Below, one piece after another: positions 24,331-36,279 of a DNA stretch of 64,000 bases. The stretch is from Entomortierella parvispora E1425 (taxonomy: Eukaryota; Fungi; Mortierellomycota). Under the pieces are notes generated by a model, which was given only the letters and a program-made list of their open reading frames with translations, was not told the DNA's origin and did no database searches. The position numbers and the translations under genes were made by a program. The first letter of the stretch is position 1. Every line of letters begins with the position of its first letter. The stretch is from contig BQFW01000007.1 in NCBI GenBank assembly GCA_020891255.1, forward strand, positions 2,728,001 to 2,792,000, written 5' to 3'.

Positions 24331-25072
24331 GCAATGTCGATCCTTTTTGTTTCGTTTGTCCAGAGTATTGCTGCCTTCATTCTTTTCGTACCAGTGACAA
24401 GCGAGCGCATGAGCTCATTGTTGGAAACCTCTGTGAAGGGTGAGATTCTCTTGTTCTTTTCATCAAAGGTTTGACCAATGTATCGCATAAACAAGTCAAA
24501 GTTGGTCTGAGCATCCACAACGCTGCCGTATCCAGGGGTATCTACAAAGCAGCACCCAATCCAGAGGAATGAGACAAACGGGTCGTTAGTACAAGGGTTC
24601 GATAGACCGTCATTCATCTCTCTCCTCCTTTTGTTCCTATTCGAGGCTGTTTCCCAGGACACGCCATTTCTAAAAAATGACCTTTCGAGACATGCGTAAA
24701 GTGTAAAAAAAAAAAAAAAAAAAAAAAAGAATATGCTGCATGCAATGACTTACCAACAAAGACAAGGTTTTTGGCGGGCACTTCATCGTCGGCATCCATA
24801 TTGTCCCAAGGAATCTCCATCATGGTGCTTGAAAACTGTTCAATCAAAACATCGGTCCGTTTGTAGTCATCCTCGTTGGCATCCAAAGGCTCCCAATCGT
24901 GCGAGAGAACCTCGGGCAAGGTCTCGGTGAACTGGCGCGCGAACGAGGTCTTTCCGACTCCGCTGTCGCCAACGACGGCCAAGCGCAGGTAGCCAATGTT
25001 CTGACCCGCGAAAGGGTTCACTGATGAAGTGGATGAGTAAGAGAAGCCATGTTGGTTAGGTCGAGGTGCCAT
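23697..25072 (-). CDS. Atypical septin-like P-loop GTPase, ~339 aa; complement(join(23697..24247,24392..24541,24754..25072))
   Basis: G1 GDSGVGKT; G3 DTPG formed across the first splice junction; DVCFYLI...LKPIDVEYMRLISEKANVVPIICKVD matches the septin Sep3/G4 region; PPFAV present. The three exons total 1020 nt in frame. The start could be further upstream (in-frame ATGs up to 25222). Confidence 0.8.
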
Positions 25073-26782
25073 GATGAACGTTGACGGAAAGAGAAGAGAA
25101 AGGGGAAAAAGGATCCAGGGACGGACAGGGGATGTGGGGGAAGAAAGAGATGGAGATGGGATGGCAAAGGAACAGGCGCTGGAGGCAGTACGTGCTTGCA
25201 CTGCCTCTTGCTGTGTGGCCATTGATTCCTTTCGGTGTTTGTAGCACATGTTGAACACATGTGCATCGTGCTGTACTTACTCAGAAGTGTATCGGACATG
25301 TTGGGGGAGAGAGATGGAGAGAGAGCAATACTGTAGACGAGACGGGGTTGTGAAGTGGGCTGAGGGGGGAACAGTGAAGGAGAGGGTGGAGAAGGGAGAA
25401 GGGAGGACGGGCGCAGGCAGGATAGGGTGCCAGGGAAGGGAGCAATACAGTGGCAGAGAGGAAGCGAAAGAGAGAAAGAGAGAGAAGCGAGTGGAGGTCA
25501 AGGAAGAGCAGAGCAACGACGAGAAAAGAGAAAAGAGGCTAAGGAGATCCCCGCCCGGCTCTCAGCCTCTCTCTGCAGATACGTGTACATGTACACAAAT
25601 TGGGAGATGGCCCCAAGGACGGACATGGATACTACCCCTGTATGTACAGTATGCATGTAATGATGTGCAGGCGAACTCGTCCGTTCACCGTTTGTCCACC
25701 GTCTGTTCGGGGTCATTGTTCATCGCTTCCCCAGTCCAGGCAGCGCAAGGTCGCCTTTCACTTCACTTCTGCATGTCCGTCCACCCACACGTTTGATTTG
25801 GCGTGCGCTTGTGTGCGTGGGCTGGAGTTGTACCCTTAAGTCATTAGCCAAGGGGTCATGATCTCAGGGACCATGGCCCTGGCGCCGTGTTTCGTTTCTT
25901 CTGGGCCAACGCGATGTGCACCACCACCATCGCCGCCATCGAACTGGACAGGATCAGGATAGACCAAGTCCTTACACGTCCACCCCTCTTTTCTCAATAT
26001 CAGCATATCCGACGCACCACATCTCCTGCTGTCCCTGTCCGCCAATGAGGGTTTCCGCATTCAACATGGGACCCAGAATGGAGTGCAAAAGGAAAAACCC
26101 GCCATTCCTGCAACTTGAATGGATGGGCATCCATACCCATGCCCTGCCCTGCCCAGCCCTACCCTGCCCTGCCACGCCTTCTGAGCCTTGTCCACAGACC
26201 ACAGAGCCCACCTTCTTCTTCGTGCTGGTGGGCCTAGTGATGGCCTCAACCCACTAGCGAAAGAAAGGTGGCTCTCCTTTGATCTTCACATCCTGCCCAA
26301 AGGTATATCTTCTTCCCAATGTTTGTTAGCCGTCTGTATTCATTTGTTTTAAAACTCTTTTGGATATCCATTTCCTTCCCGTAGCGATAAAGATGGGGGA
26401 CGACCAGCGCTCCTCAACATGCGGCATGTCTGATATCAATAGACGTTTCAACCATCTATTGCACTACACAAGCGAAAGGCAAAGCAAGTGGTTTGTTCTT
26501 GCGGGCAAAGCACAGAAAAACTTGTGAGCACGAGGCAAGTCGACAGAACAACCTTGCGGGTCAAGAGGAGCTTTTTCCCTGTTTCGCCCACTTTTCTTCC
26601 TTGTTCATCCAATTCTCCTTTTGTTCTGATACTTCTCCCTCCTTATCGTTCAGCCTTTCCACCAATATCCAGAGTGTCTAACGCTGCCGAAGGTGTCTAC
26701 GACGACCAGTTGAACAATACTGTAGAATGGGAGCGATATATAACTAATAGCTCGTGTCTGTTTTGATGTTAATAGGCTCAAC

Positions 26783-29700
26783 ATGACGCCGTCTTCTGCC
26801 CAAGATGCCTTAACGCAGGCGAGAATCAGCATCGAAGCTGCCCGAAAAGCCCGAGGTTCTGAACCCACAGTGATCAAGCACTACAGGGCTGCGAAGAAAG
26901 CCCTCGCAAAAATCAATTCCAAGAAAACAGATACGGCGACCTTGAAGGAGATGATTGTCGCGTACGAGGAGCTCGCCATGGAACTTGATCTCTCGGGGAG
27001 AGAAGGACGAGAAAAAGCTGTAAAGTGCAGACAGCTAAGGTAGTTTTTCTATTTTGTTCTCGACATGTGTGCACAAGAGATGTTTGCAAGACTCTAATAG
27101 TGCCGCGATTGTATTCTGCCACGATAGACAAAATCTTGAACTAATCCAGGCCGACGCCAGCGCCATCGTCCGAGTCGGATTTGCTCTTGTGAATCCTTCA
27201 GTTGTTGTGTCTTCATCGCCCAGCAGCACAGCCCTCCCCACTCTGACCTCCAACCTCCGAGTTGCAAACACCGTCTACGATTTCCCCGCTCCTAGTGTCG
27301 ACACTCCTTCGATCCCTCAACAGCTGACTCTCCTCTCACCCCAAGGAGCCATATCGGTCGCGACGGCTGATGTTATCCTGGCAGCCCCATTGTTTTTCAG
27401 CAAGGATGTGAACCCGGTGTCGACCCCTGACTGCCGACCGCCTGATCTTGACGAGCCGTTGCAGAGTACCCATCAACTCGTCTACTACCTCGCGCTTCTG
27501 CAGGATTCATTTGTGGGGCGTGATCTTCCCCCGCACCTTCTCAAGTGGCTACAGAATCCATATGCCTCACATGAGGAGAAGCGCTTCATGAACTTGGCTG
27601 TTCAAATGGTCTATACGTTTGCCAGGGATCCCGTGAAAGATGCGGCTACTATGGCTGAGGTCGTCCAATTGGCCCCTATTCTCAACGAGGAATATTCCCG
27701 GCATCTTCTCAAGTCCCTCATCGACACTGTTGGCCGGCCAGGTATCACTATTCTGCATATTCATTCAATCGAATGGCTGACCAAGATGATTCAAGGAGCT
27801 GCTCCAGGATCCATTGATTCGAATGACCTCGTGAGTGTTCTTCGCTTCCTTCACGAGCCTCTCCAGAGTCTCCATCGAGAGAGCGAGCATCAGTATCACT
27901 TGCTACTGGTAGCAGTTTCGCGGGTTTTGGATGCCATGGTGGATGCAGATGTTGGGGGTATCGATCGTGATCGACTCCATGGGCCATTGACAGAGTTTCT
28001 CCAAGAATCAGAGTCAAACAAGAATCCTTACTTGGCCTTCCAGGCTGCATACGCAACACAGGCGCTGTTGAATGTGTCTGACGATGAGAATATCTGGCGT
28101 GCGGGATTCAGGAGAGGATGGTTAGTGCTGAAAGGAGGCGCAGGATTCGCTAAAATGCACGACCCGACTGAGATCAAAGACGCACTCGAAGGTCTGGAGA
28201 GACTTTACGAAGCAGGCAAAGGAGGTATTAGGTTCCTCAAGAATGCTTCAGAGGCGATCAAACTCAGAGAAGCTCCCACATTTACCGTGAAGGAGGGGTT
28301 GAAGTTCAAGAGAGCCTGGTACCGTGCCCTCCGCATTGCAGAATCGTATGTTATGGCTGGAAATCTCGTCAAATTCCAGGATCTGGTCACAACTTCGCCA
28401 TGCAGAGACCAGCTTCAGTTCCAGTGGGGAATATGTCAATTGCTTGGACAGTTTGCGGCCGACTCCCAATGGGATTTGGAAGCACGGAGAGGCGCAGTTG
28501 CCTTCCTTAGAGCATACCACGAAGGCAACCGTCTTTGGAATCGGCAAAAGGAGGTCGATGAGGTCATTTATGACATGCTCCTCAAAGTGGTATCTAGCAA
28601 GGACATGTATTTTGAAGGTATTTCAATCCTCACATTATCACTCTGCCCACGTTTATCAATCAGAGCTGATAATGGGCGATTGGTACTGACTCTCTTTTTT
28701 TGTATCTTTTCAACCCTTGTGTAGCCGCCAAGACCTTATTGGAGGATATGGGAAGGCGCAGTGCTTCAATTGACGGCTATCAATGGCAAGCTTGGAATAA
28801 TAGTCTGCTAGGGGGTTCAGATCAGCAGACTTCAGAGAACAAGCTGTTGCGCTCTGTCCAGAATCGAAACCGCCGGTACGCCAAGCTGGAATATCTACCA
28901 GACGTCCCTCTCATGTCCAGTATCGACGACATTCAATCCGCACTTGAAGCCTACCATGCACCAAACCTCTTTATTCGCAGAGTTTCCGGAGATGAACTGG
29001 ATCTTGATTCATGCTTTGTCAATCTTGCGATCATCGAGGCCCCAGCACAGCGTGAAACGGAGAAGCAGGATCTCAAAGAGCAGGCGAATATCTTTCATCG
29101 GAGCGCGAGCTCTGAAAGGGTGCGCGACACAAATGCTCAGTCGATGATCCCTTTGGAGCACCTCTTTAATAAGCGCGAGCTGTGTGATGGACAGGAGGAC
29201 GCACCTAAAAGAATCTTGGTGCAAGGGCGAGCCGGCATCGGAAAAACAACATTGTGCAAGAAGCTCGTCCATGCTCACCAGAATAATCTCTGGAGAGATC
29301 GGTTCGATATTGTTTTATGGCTTCAATTGCGTCAGCTCAGGGGATCCAAGTGCCGCAACATGGATGGCCTATTTCGCGAGAAGGTCTTTCCTACCCAGGA
29401 TCTTCAAAAGCAGGCAACGTTGGCAATGGGTCTCTCAGCTTGCGCTCAAAAGGGCAAAGTTCTGTTCATCTTGGATGGTCTGGATGAGATTGTAACCGAT
29501 ACAAGGAGTGAAGACAGCTATGAGTTTACAAAATTCTTGAAGCTCCTGTTATCACAGCAACATGTCATCATTACCTCAAGACCCTCTGGACTGGACAGCA
29601 GCCTACTTCCCCCAATTGATTTGGAGCTCGCAACCGTTGGATTCAGTCCGCAGGATGTCAACGAATTCTTGGTTAAAGTGCTTAAGCCTGAAGCAGTGAA

Positions 29701-32700
29701 GACAGTCCAGGGCTTTATTCGACAAACACCATTGATCCGGGGACTCGTGAATATCCCTGTGCAGCTTGATGTGATCTGTTTCATTTGGGATTCACTCCCA
29801 AAGGACGGTCCGGCGATAACCATGACCAGACTGTATCAACTGATGGTGCAGAAACTATGCTACAAGGATGCGTATCGGCTCAAGAAGACTTCAGATGGAG
29901 AGGTCCTGACGCAGTCAGAAATCTGGCGCCTAGAACCCGATGAAATTGAAGGCTTGATGGCATCCGAGCTGCATCATCTAGGATATCTCGCATTCAAAGG
30001 ATTGAACAACAATCATCAGATCGAATTCAACGAGAGCGACCTGATTTCTGCGTGTCGGGAGCTTAAAGGCCATGCAACAGACAGCAGACCACGTTTGCCT
30101 CATCAACTCGTTGCAGTCATGAAGGAGACATCGTTTCTGCACACAGCGGACATGGTCTCCAGACACGGTGAATCTCAACAAGTCTGGCATTTTTTACATC
30201 TCACATTTCAGGAATATTTCGCGGCAAGGTGGATCGTCCGGCAATTTCGTCTTAGACAGCCATACCCTTCAACCGGAATGATGACCGAGGAGCAAGTAAC
30301 GGCGTTTTTCCAACGGCACAAGTACAACCCTCAATATGAGATTGTTTGGACAATGGTGGCTGGACTGCTCGAGAGGGATCAACTAAGCCCATTTTTCGGC
30401 CTTTTGCAAGGAGCTCCGCGCGATTTGATCGGGGGCCGTCACCAACAACTCCTGGCATCCTGCCTAAATGAGGCTCGAGCTCAGATGGACCCAACGGTGG
30501 TGAGAGCATTGGACATGGAACTTATTAAATGGCTCCGCTACGAGATGCAAACTTGTCAGCATGGTGACAGCAGCAGAAGCATGCTTGGGAGCCAGCCCTC
30601 ATTCCCAGAGATTTCTCTGATCGAGACATTGGGCTCCGTACGCTCTTGGAAATCTACCCTTACGACTACGTTGGCAGCTCGCTCGATTTTGTCCGACTCA
30701 GCCGTGCAGTTCCTGATTAATTCACTGGAGGACGACGATGGTAGCGTCAGTTCTTCAGCAGCAACAGTATTGGGCGAGCAGTCTTCTTTGTCAGAGTCAG
30801 CGATCCAGTCTCTCATTTCTACGATCAAGGACAAAAATAACAGCACCAAGGCTGCGGCTGCACTCGTACTGGGCAAGCAGTCTACGTTGTCGGAATCTGC
30901 CATTCAGTCCCTTCTTGTTGCACTGCGGGATGAAGATTCTACCGTCAGGTCTTCAGCAGCTTCGGCATTGGGCAGGCAGTCTACATTGTCGGAATCTGCC
31001 ATTCGGTCCCTTATTACTGCACTCGAGGATGAAGACTGGGGCGTACAGTCTACAGCAGCATCGGCGTTGAGCAGGCAATCCATGTTATCGGAACCAGCCA
31101 TCCATTCCCTCATTTTTGCACTGAAGAATAAGGATGAGAACATTAGCTGTTCAGCTGTGGTGGCATTGGGCAACCAGTGTGCGCTGTCCGAGTCAGCCAC
31201 CCTGTCGCTCATTAATGCTCTCAAGGACAGCCATCAAAACATCAGGACTTCAGCAGCATCGGTTTTGGGCAAGCAGTCGTCATTACCTGGATCAGCCATT
31301 CAGTCCCTCATTGCTGCTCTCAATGATGAACACCAGAATGTCAGGACTTCAGCAGCTGCTGCATTAGACCGGCAATCTACGATGTCTGAGCCATCCAGCC
31401 AGTCATTTACCGCTACACTCAAGGATAAAAAAATCAGACCATCAATGGCGTCGGCATCGGGCAAAACTTCTTCGTTTTCGGAATCATCTCTTCAGTCCCT
31501 CACTGATGCGCTCCAAGATGATGACTGGAGAGTCAGAGCCTCGGCCGCATCGGTATTGGGCAAACGGTCAACGTTGTCGGAAGCGGCCATGCAGTCCCTC
31601 ATCGCAGCGCTCAAGGATGATCACCAGAACGTCAGGTCTTCAGTAGTATCGGCATTGAGCAAGCGGCCAATATTGTCAGATTCAGTGATCCAGTTACTTG
31701 TAGCTGCTCTGAAGGATAAATATCAGATCGTGAGTAATTCGGCGGCAGCGGCATTGGGCAGACAATCTACGCTGCCACAGTCAGCCATTCATGCCCTCAC
31801 TGTTGCGCTCGAGAGTGAGCATCAAGACGTTAGGACTTCAGCAGCTCTGGCATTGAGTAAACAACCTACATTGTTGGATCCAGCTGTCCAGTCCCTCATT
31901 GCACTAGTCCAGGGTGAGCAAAGACCTCCAGCAGCGTCGGCGTTGAACAAGCCATCCTCGTTTTCGGAGTCAACCGTGCAGCCACCCTCCACAACACCCA
32001 AAGACAAAGGAACCAGATCCTCAGTGCCGTCGGCTTCGATAACGTTGATTTTTTCTCCGGAATCATCTATTGAGTCTCTCATTGATGGGCTCCAGGACAA
32101 AAAGTGGAATGTCAGGGCCTCGGCCGCATCGGTATTAGGCAAAAATTCTACGTTGTCGGACCCAGCCATACAATCCCTCATTGCTGCACTCCAGGATGAG
32201 CATCAGAATGTCCGGTCTTCAGCAGTATCAGCACTAGGCAAGCAACCCATGTTGTCCGAGTCAGTTGTCCAGTCACTTGCTGCCGCGCTGGAGGACACGC
32301 ATCAGATTGTTAGTAATTCAGCGGCGGTGGCATTGGGCAGACAGTCTACCTTGTCAGAGCCAACTATTCGCGCCCTCACTGCTGCACTCAAAAGCGAGCA
32401 TCGAGACGTCAGGAAATCGGCAGCGTTGGCATTGAGTAAACACTCTGCGTTGTTGGATCCAAGTGTCCACTGTCTTATTACAGCAACTCAGGGTGAGCTA
32501 GGAAGTCCAGCAGCGTCGGCGTTGGACAAGCCCTCTTTATTTCCGGAGTCAGCCTCTCAATCACCCGATGTTGCCGTCAAGGATAAAGGAGCCAGATCTT
32601 CAGTGCCGTCGGCTTCGATAAAGTTGGCATTTTCTCCAGAATCATCTGTTCAATCCCTCATTGATGGGCTCCAAGACGACGATTGGAGGGTGAGGACCTC

Positions 32701-35700
32701 AGCCGCATCGGTATTAGGCAAACATTCTACGTTGTCAGACCCAGCCATGCAATCCCTCATTGCAGCACTACAGGATGAGCATCAGAACGTCCGGTCTTCA
32801 GCAGTATCAGCACTAGGCAAGCAACCCATGTTGTCCGAGTCAGTTGTCCAGTCACTTGCTGCCGCGCTGGAGGACACGCATCAGATTGTTAGTAATTCAG
32901 CGGCGGTGGCATTGGGCAGACAGTCTACCTTGTCAGAGCCAACTATTCGCGCCCTCACTGCTGCACTCAAAAGCGAGCATCGAGACGTCAGGAAATCGGC
33001 AGCGTTGGCATTGAGTAAACACTCTGCGTTGTTGGATCCAAGTGTCCACTGTCTTATTACAGCAACTCAGGGTGAGCTAGGAAGTCCAGCAGCGTCGGCG
33101 TTGGACAAGCCCTCTTTATTTCCGGAGTCAGCCTCTCAATCACCCGATGTTGCCGTCAAGGATAAAGGAGCCAGATCTTCAGTGCCGTCGGCTCCGATAA
33201 AGTTGGCATTTTCTCCAGAATCATCTGTTCAGTCCCTCATTGATGGGCTCCAAGACGACGATTGGAGGGTGAGGACCTCAGCCGCATCGGTATTAGGCAA
33301 ACATTCTACGTTGTCAGACCCAGCCATGCAATCCCTCATTGCAGCACTACAGGATGAGCATCAGAACGTCCGGTCTTCAGCAGTATCAACACTAGGCAAG
33401 CAACCTCTGTTGTCAGAGTCAGTTGTCCAATCCCTTGCTGCCGCACTGGAAGACACGCATCAGATTGTCATTAATTCAGCGGCGGCGGCATTGGGCAGAC
33501 AGTCTACCTTGTCAGAGACGGCCATCCATGCCCTCACCGTTGCACTCAAGAGCGAGCACCGAGACGTCAGGTATTCAGCAGTAGCAGCATTGGGCAAGCA
33601 GTCCACGTTATCGGAATCAGCCATCCAGTCCCTCGTCACCGCACTCAAGGACGAGCATCAAAACGTCAGGACCTCGGCGGTGGTGGCATTAAGCAAGCAG
33701 TCTACATTGTCTGCATCAGCCATGCAGTCCCTTGTTGCTGCGCTCAAGAACGAACATCAAGACATCAGATATTCAGCTGCGGCTGCATTGGGCGAGCAGT
33801 CAGCGTTGCTGGAATTTGCTATCCAGCCCCCTGTTGCAGCAGTGAAGAATAGTCATTCGACTTTGGTGGCAACGGCATTGGGCGAGTCCACGTTGTCTGA
33901 ATCGGCCATCCAGTCCCTCGCCATTGCAGACGAGGATAAGTCTCAAAACACCGGGCTTTCGGCAGTAGTGGCATCAGGCGATCAATTCACGTTTGAGTCG
34001 ACCGTGCAGCCCGTTATTGCTTCGCTCAAGGATGAAGATTGGAGTGCCAGGTCTTCAGCCGGACCTGCATTGGGGAACAAGTCTACGTTGTCAGAAGCAC
34101 CCATTCAGACCATGATTGCTGCGCTAGAGGATAAACGTCAAGCTGTCAGACTGGAAGCAGCAGTGGCATTGGGCGAGCAGTCTATTTTGTCCGAGTTGGC
34201 CATTCAACCCCTCGTCACTGCACTTATGGACGTCGATTGGAAAGTTAAGACTGCGGCAGCATCGGCGTTGGGCAAGAAGTCTACGTTGTTGGAATCGGCT
34301 GTAAAGCCTCTCATTGCTGCGCTTAAGGACAGCGACTGGAGAGTCAGGTCTTCAGCGGCGGTGGCATTGGGCAAGCAGGCTACGTTGTCCGAATCAGCTA
34401 TCCAGTCCCTTGTTGCCGCTCTCAAGGATGAACATCAAAACGTCCGTCCTTCAGCAGTGGCAGCGCTGGGAAAGCAGTCCATGTTACCAGAATCAGCCAT
34501 CCGATCCCTCGTCACCGCGCTCAGGGATGAACATCAAAACGTAAGGTATTCGGCGGCAGCGGCATTGGGCAAGCGATACACATTGTCAGAGTCAGCCATC
34601 CAGTCCCTCATTACTACCCTCAAGGATGAATTTCAAACCGTCAGGACCTTAGCAGCAGCAGCCTTGGGCCAGCAGTCTTCGTTATCAGGATCAGCCATAC
34701 AATCCCTTCTTGCCGCATTGAAGTATGAAGATGAGAATGTTAGCTCTTTAGCAGCAGAAGTATTAAGCAGTCAGCCCATGTTGTCGGAACCGATCATCCA
34801 GTCCCTCATTGCTGCACTGCAGGAAAAAAATCAAAACGTCAGGGCTTCAGCAGCTTTAGTATTGGGCAAGCAGTCTACTTTATCGGAATCAGCCGTTCAT
34901 CCCCTGATTGCTTCACTTAAGGACGAGGAATGGACTGTCAGGTCTTCAGCAGCATCGGCGCTGGGCAAGCACTCTTTTTTGTCGGAAACAGCAATCGAGT
35001 CTCTCATTGCTGCACTACAGGACGAAGATTTCACCGTCAGATCCAAAGCAGCCTCGGCTTTGGGCAAGCAGTCTCCCTTGTCGGAGGCAGCCACGCAGTT
35101 TCTCATTGCTGCTCTGAGGGATGAGGACGACGATGTCAGGATTTCTGCGGTGGCGGCACTGGGCAGCCGATCGGCGCTGTCGGAAACAGCCATTCAGTCC
35201 CTTGTTGCTGCACTCAAGGACAAACATCAAAGCGTTAGGAGTTCAGCGACTGTGGCACTGGGCAAGAGGTCAAAGTTGTCGGAATCGGCCGTGCAGTCTC
35301 TCATTGCTGCGCTCAATGATGGCGATTGGAAAGTTAGGTCCTCAGCTGCGGTAGCATTGGGAAAGCAGTCTACCTCGTCTGAATCGACCATCCAGGCGCT
35401 CGTCGCTGCACTCAAAGACGAACATCAGAATGTCAGACCTTCAGTAGTGGCGGCTCTGGGAAAAAGGTCTACGTTGCCGGAGCCAGTTATACAGTCCCTT
35501 ATCGCGTCTCTCCAGGATAGTCGTCAAAACGTCAGGTACTCGGTGGTGGCGGCATTGGGCAAACAACCTGTCTTATCGGAATTTGCTATGCAGTCCCTCC
35601 TCGATGCATTCAACGATGAGCACCAGAATGTCAGGACTTCAGTCGCGGTGGCATTGGGGAAGAGGCCCACATTATCGGTATCGGCCATCCGGTCCCTTAT

Positions 35701-36001
35701 TGCTAGGCTTAAGGATGAGTCTAAGCATGTCAGACGTGCTGTTTCAGAGACGCTTCGGCACCATTGCCATTCCCTGTGCAATTCATTTCCACATCTGACT
35801 GAGGAGGAGATAGGCTTCGTCTATGAAAACCATATGTTTCGGTATAGTTGCAGTCATGTTCTGTCTCTACAGCTGCAGGATGGCAAACTGTGTTTCTACA
35901 CGGAGCAAGGTGCTCTGCATCTAGAGCCAACTGGTCATGGCGAGGAGGAAAAGATATCATCCGTCCTTCAAGCTATTCAACACAATGAAGGACTATTTTG
36001 A
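26783..36001 (+). CDS. NLR-like STAND protein: N-terminal helical (Arm-like) domain, NACHT NTPase, long HEAT-repeat array; ~3016 aa; join(26783..27039,27101..28617,28725..36001)
   Basis: Walker A GRAGIGKT, Walker B VLFILDGLDE, IITSRP, WHFLHLTFQEYFAA. About 35-40 42-aa repeats of type LGKQSTLSESAIQSLIAALKDExxxVRxSAAxA. The exons total 9051 nt in frame. A further 5' exon is not excluded. Confidence 0.88.
31543..33388 (+). repeat. 579-bp (193-aa) higher-order tandem repeat inside the HEAT array
   Basis: The anchor GCCGCATCGGTATT recurs at about 31543, 32122, 32701 and 33280. Blocks 32210-32788 and 32789-33367 differ at only 2 positions that I could find by eye. Confidence 0.92.
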
Positions 36002-36279
36002 CATCCGAAGGGGTTCCCAATAAATCAAGTTTGATTGTACCATGCAATAACAGCTGGAACTGACAAAAGAAAAATCGCGTTTGTTCGTCGCTGGGATCTG
36101 GGACCAGGGACTGTCCATTAAGGGGTGCTACAAACATCGATTAAGGGTACACGCTGTTCATTTCTGCAAACGCGCTTTTTTGACTTCTTTGAAAAAGACT
36201 GCAAGCACCCCACAGTCCTCTTTGAAAAAGACCGCACCACCACAATCCAAGGAACCAGGAACCAGGAGACTGACCGCAA

